This document shows positions 61,248 to 64,000 of a DNA stretch of 64,000 bases, piece by piece; the stretch's first letter is position 1, and each line of letters starts with the position of its first letter. The DNA is from an uncultured Nitrososphaerales archaeon. GTDB lineage: Archaea; Thermoproteota; Nitrososphaeria; Nitrososphaerales; Nitrososphaeraceae. The notes beneath the pieces were generated by a model that made no database searches, was not told the DNA's origin, and saw only the letters and a list, made by a program, of their open reading frames with translations. The stretch covers positions 32,001-96,000 of the forward strand of contig CAVPXM010000036.1 in assembly GCA_963709405.1 (NCBI GenBank), in the 5' to 3' direction. A program made the translations under genes and the position numbers.

Positions 61248-61712
61248 ATGTCAAAAAATTCCAAAGCAGCTGACGCTGAAGGAGCATCAGTCGCTACCAA
61301 AGACGAATTAATTAGTGGGTTGAATGAGGATCTGGCAAGGGAGTATAAGGCAATTATCCAATATGTGGTTTTCAGTTCTACATTGAAAGGCGCCGAGTAC
61401 GGTGACATTGCAGACCAGTTGAAAGTGCATGCTTCAGAGGAACTCGCACACGCTCTTGAGGTAGCAAGGCAGATCGATTATCTGGGTGGGGATCCGACCG
61501 TGGAAGTCAAGGATGCCGAATATTCTCAGGATTCAAAGAGGATGCTCGAAATTGACCTGAAGCAAGAACAGGAAACTATCAAGCACTACAGAGAGAGAAT
61601 CCGTCAAGCAGAACGCTCTGGCGAATTTGCACTTTCTGAAGCATTAAGGGATATTATCGTACAGGAACAAGATCACGAAATAGATCTGAAAGATGCACTG
61701 GGCTTGCGATAA
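61248..61712 (+). CDS. Ferritin-like (bacterioferritin/Dps-type) protein
   Basis: LAREYxAIIQY, EELAHA, IDYLGGDP, QEQDH di-iron motifs. Confidence 0.88.
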   Translation: MSKNSKAADAEGASVATKDELISGLNEDLAREYKAIIQYVVFSSTLKGAEYGDIADQLKVHASEELAHALEVARQIDYLGGDPTVEVKDAEYSQDSKRMLEIDLKQEQETIKHYRERIRQAERSGEFALSEALRDIIVQEQDHEIDLKDALGLR

Positions 61713-61714
61713 AA

Positions 61715-62933
61715 ATGTCAACAGCAAGTAAAGAGATCAAGCCGCAGAGACCGTTGCCACCTCCGAATACTGACTTCTACCAACTCGCAGAAACTCTGCC
61801 TCCGGAGGAACTTGCGACCGTAAGACAGGTACGCTCGTTCATGGAGAGCAAAGTTGCACCGATCATTAACAAGTACTGGGTTGAAGATTCGTTCCCGTTC
61901 GAGTTGCTTCCCGCATTCAAGGATTTGAATCTAGGAGGTCTTGGAATGCAGGGTTACGGTTGCAGAGGAGGAAGCCCGCTTCTCACAGGTCTTGTTGCAA
62001 TGGAAATGGCACGCACCGACGCTTCGATTGCGACATTTTTTGGCGTTCACACTGGCCTCGCCATGCTTTCCATCTATGATACCGGTTCAGAAGAGCAGAA
62101 ACAAAAGTGGCTGCCGCCAATGGCCCGCTTTGAAAAAATCGGATGCTTTGGCTTAACCGAGCCTCTGGTTGGCTCCGGTGCAACCGGCGGTCTAACGACA
62201 ACGGCGAAAAAGGAGGGCGACACTTGGGTCTTGAATGGCCAAAAAAAGTGGATTGGCAATTCTCCGTGGTGTGACATTTCGATTATCTGGGCTCGCGATG
62301 TCGCGGATAACCAGGTCAAAGGTTTCATCGTTGAGAACAAGACGACGCCTGGCTTTAGTGTAGAGAAAATTCAAAACAAGTTCGCGCTCAAGGTGGTCCA
62401 GAACGGCTTGATCACGTTGAAGGACGTTCGGCTACCAGAAGAAAACCATCTCCAGGCGGGCAAGCAGTCGTGGCGTGATACGGCGCGAGTGCTGCGCCAG
62501 ACACGTTATGGCGTGGCATGGGAGGCGACGGGATGCCAGATGGGCGCTTTCGAACATGCGGTAAAGTACGCCCAGGAGCGCTTGCAGTTTGGAAAGCCTA
62601 TTGGCTCGTTTCAACTAATCCAGGATCTTCTCTCAAAAATGCTTGCTAACCTCACTGCCTGTCAATGTTTGGTGGCTCGCACGGGACAACTGGACGATCA
62701 AGGCAAGCTGACTGATACTCAGGGCAGCGCTAGCCAAGTCGTTTACCACGGCCAAGTGTCGCGAGACTGTGGCGTGGGGCCGTGAGATATTAGGCGGCAA
62801 CGGCCTTTCTATCGATTATAATGTCGGGCGATACTTCACTGACGCCGAGGCGCTTCTCAGCTATGAAGGCACGTATCAGATGCAGAACCTCATTCTTGGC
62901 AAAGCGATAACGGGATTGAGTGCCTTTGTGTAG
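61715..62933 (+). CDS. Acyl-CoA dehydrogenase (glutaryl-CoA dehydrogenase-like), frameshift near 62720
   Basis: FGLTEP, NGQKKWIGN, RLQFGKPIGSFQLIQ; then GREILGGNG and SYEGT in the next frame. Confidence 0.9.
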
Positions 62934-62984
62934 TCCCTACACAATCAGAAAACCAAACAATGCGTCAATAGAGGATACGATCTC

Positions 62985-63783
<799 letters not shown>

Positions 63784-63827
63784 AATACAAGGAGGAATGA
63801 GATATTTTGGTAACTGAAAATACTACA

Positions 63828-64000
63828 ATGATAACCGATAACATCTTCTCGGGACTGAAGGTAGTCGATCTTTCGAGCTTTATCGCTGGTCCAGGCGCAG
63901 CAGTGATCTTGTCCGACTTCGGCGCCGACGTAATCAAGGTCGAACCACCCAATGGCGAGTTGTGGAGGATGGTGAATAGGGTTCAAGCGTACGTTCCGAT
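63828..64000 (+). CDS. CaiB/BaiF class III CoA-transferase (partial, runs off window)
   Basis: FSGLKVVDLSSFIAGPGAAVILSDFGADVIKVEPP. Confidence 0.88.
   Translation, partial: MITDNIFSGLKVVDLSSFIAGPGAAVILSDFGADVIKVEPPNGELWRMVNRVQAYVP

Overview
AT-rich, low-coding-density archaeal DNA. The gene content points to a soil ammonia-oxidising archaeon of the Nitrososphaeraceae (inferred from TIGR00300, DUF6293, DUF6659, phasin-like proteins, a wHTH-REC regulator, TATA-type promoters and many Cys-rich micro-proteins). The first ~18 kb is mostly intact genes. The rest is a graveyard of IS elements (IS6 x2, IS5 x2, IS630 x3, IS1595), gene fragments joined into chimeras, and frameshifted genes, some of which may be long-read indel errors. 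The window ends in a GC-richer, bacterial-looking acyl-CoA degradation operon. The best candidate for a new system is at 12.6-16.9 kb: a split Dna2-like pair (Fe-S Cas4-type PD-(D/E)xK nuclease plus Upf1-like SF1 helicase), a divergent CARF-like/wHTH regulator (DUF6293), and a ~284-nt densely base-paired element that looks like an unannotated ncRNA. No tRNA, rRNA or CRISPR array was recognised. All family assignments come from motif recognition by eye, not database searches.
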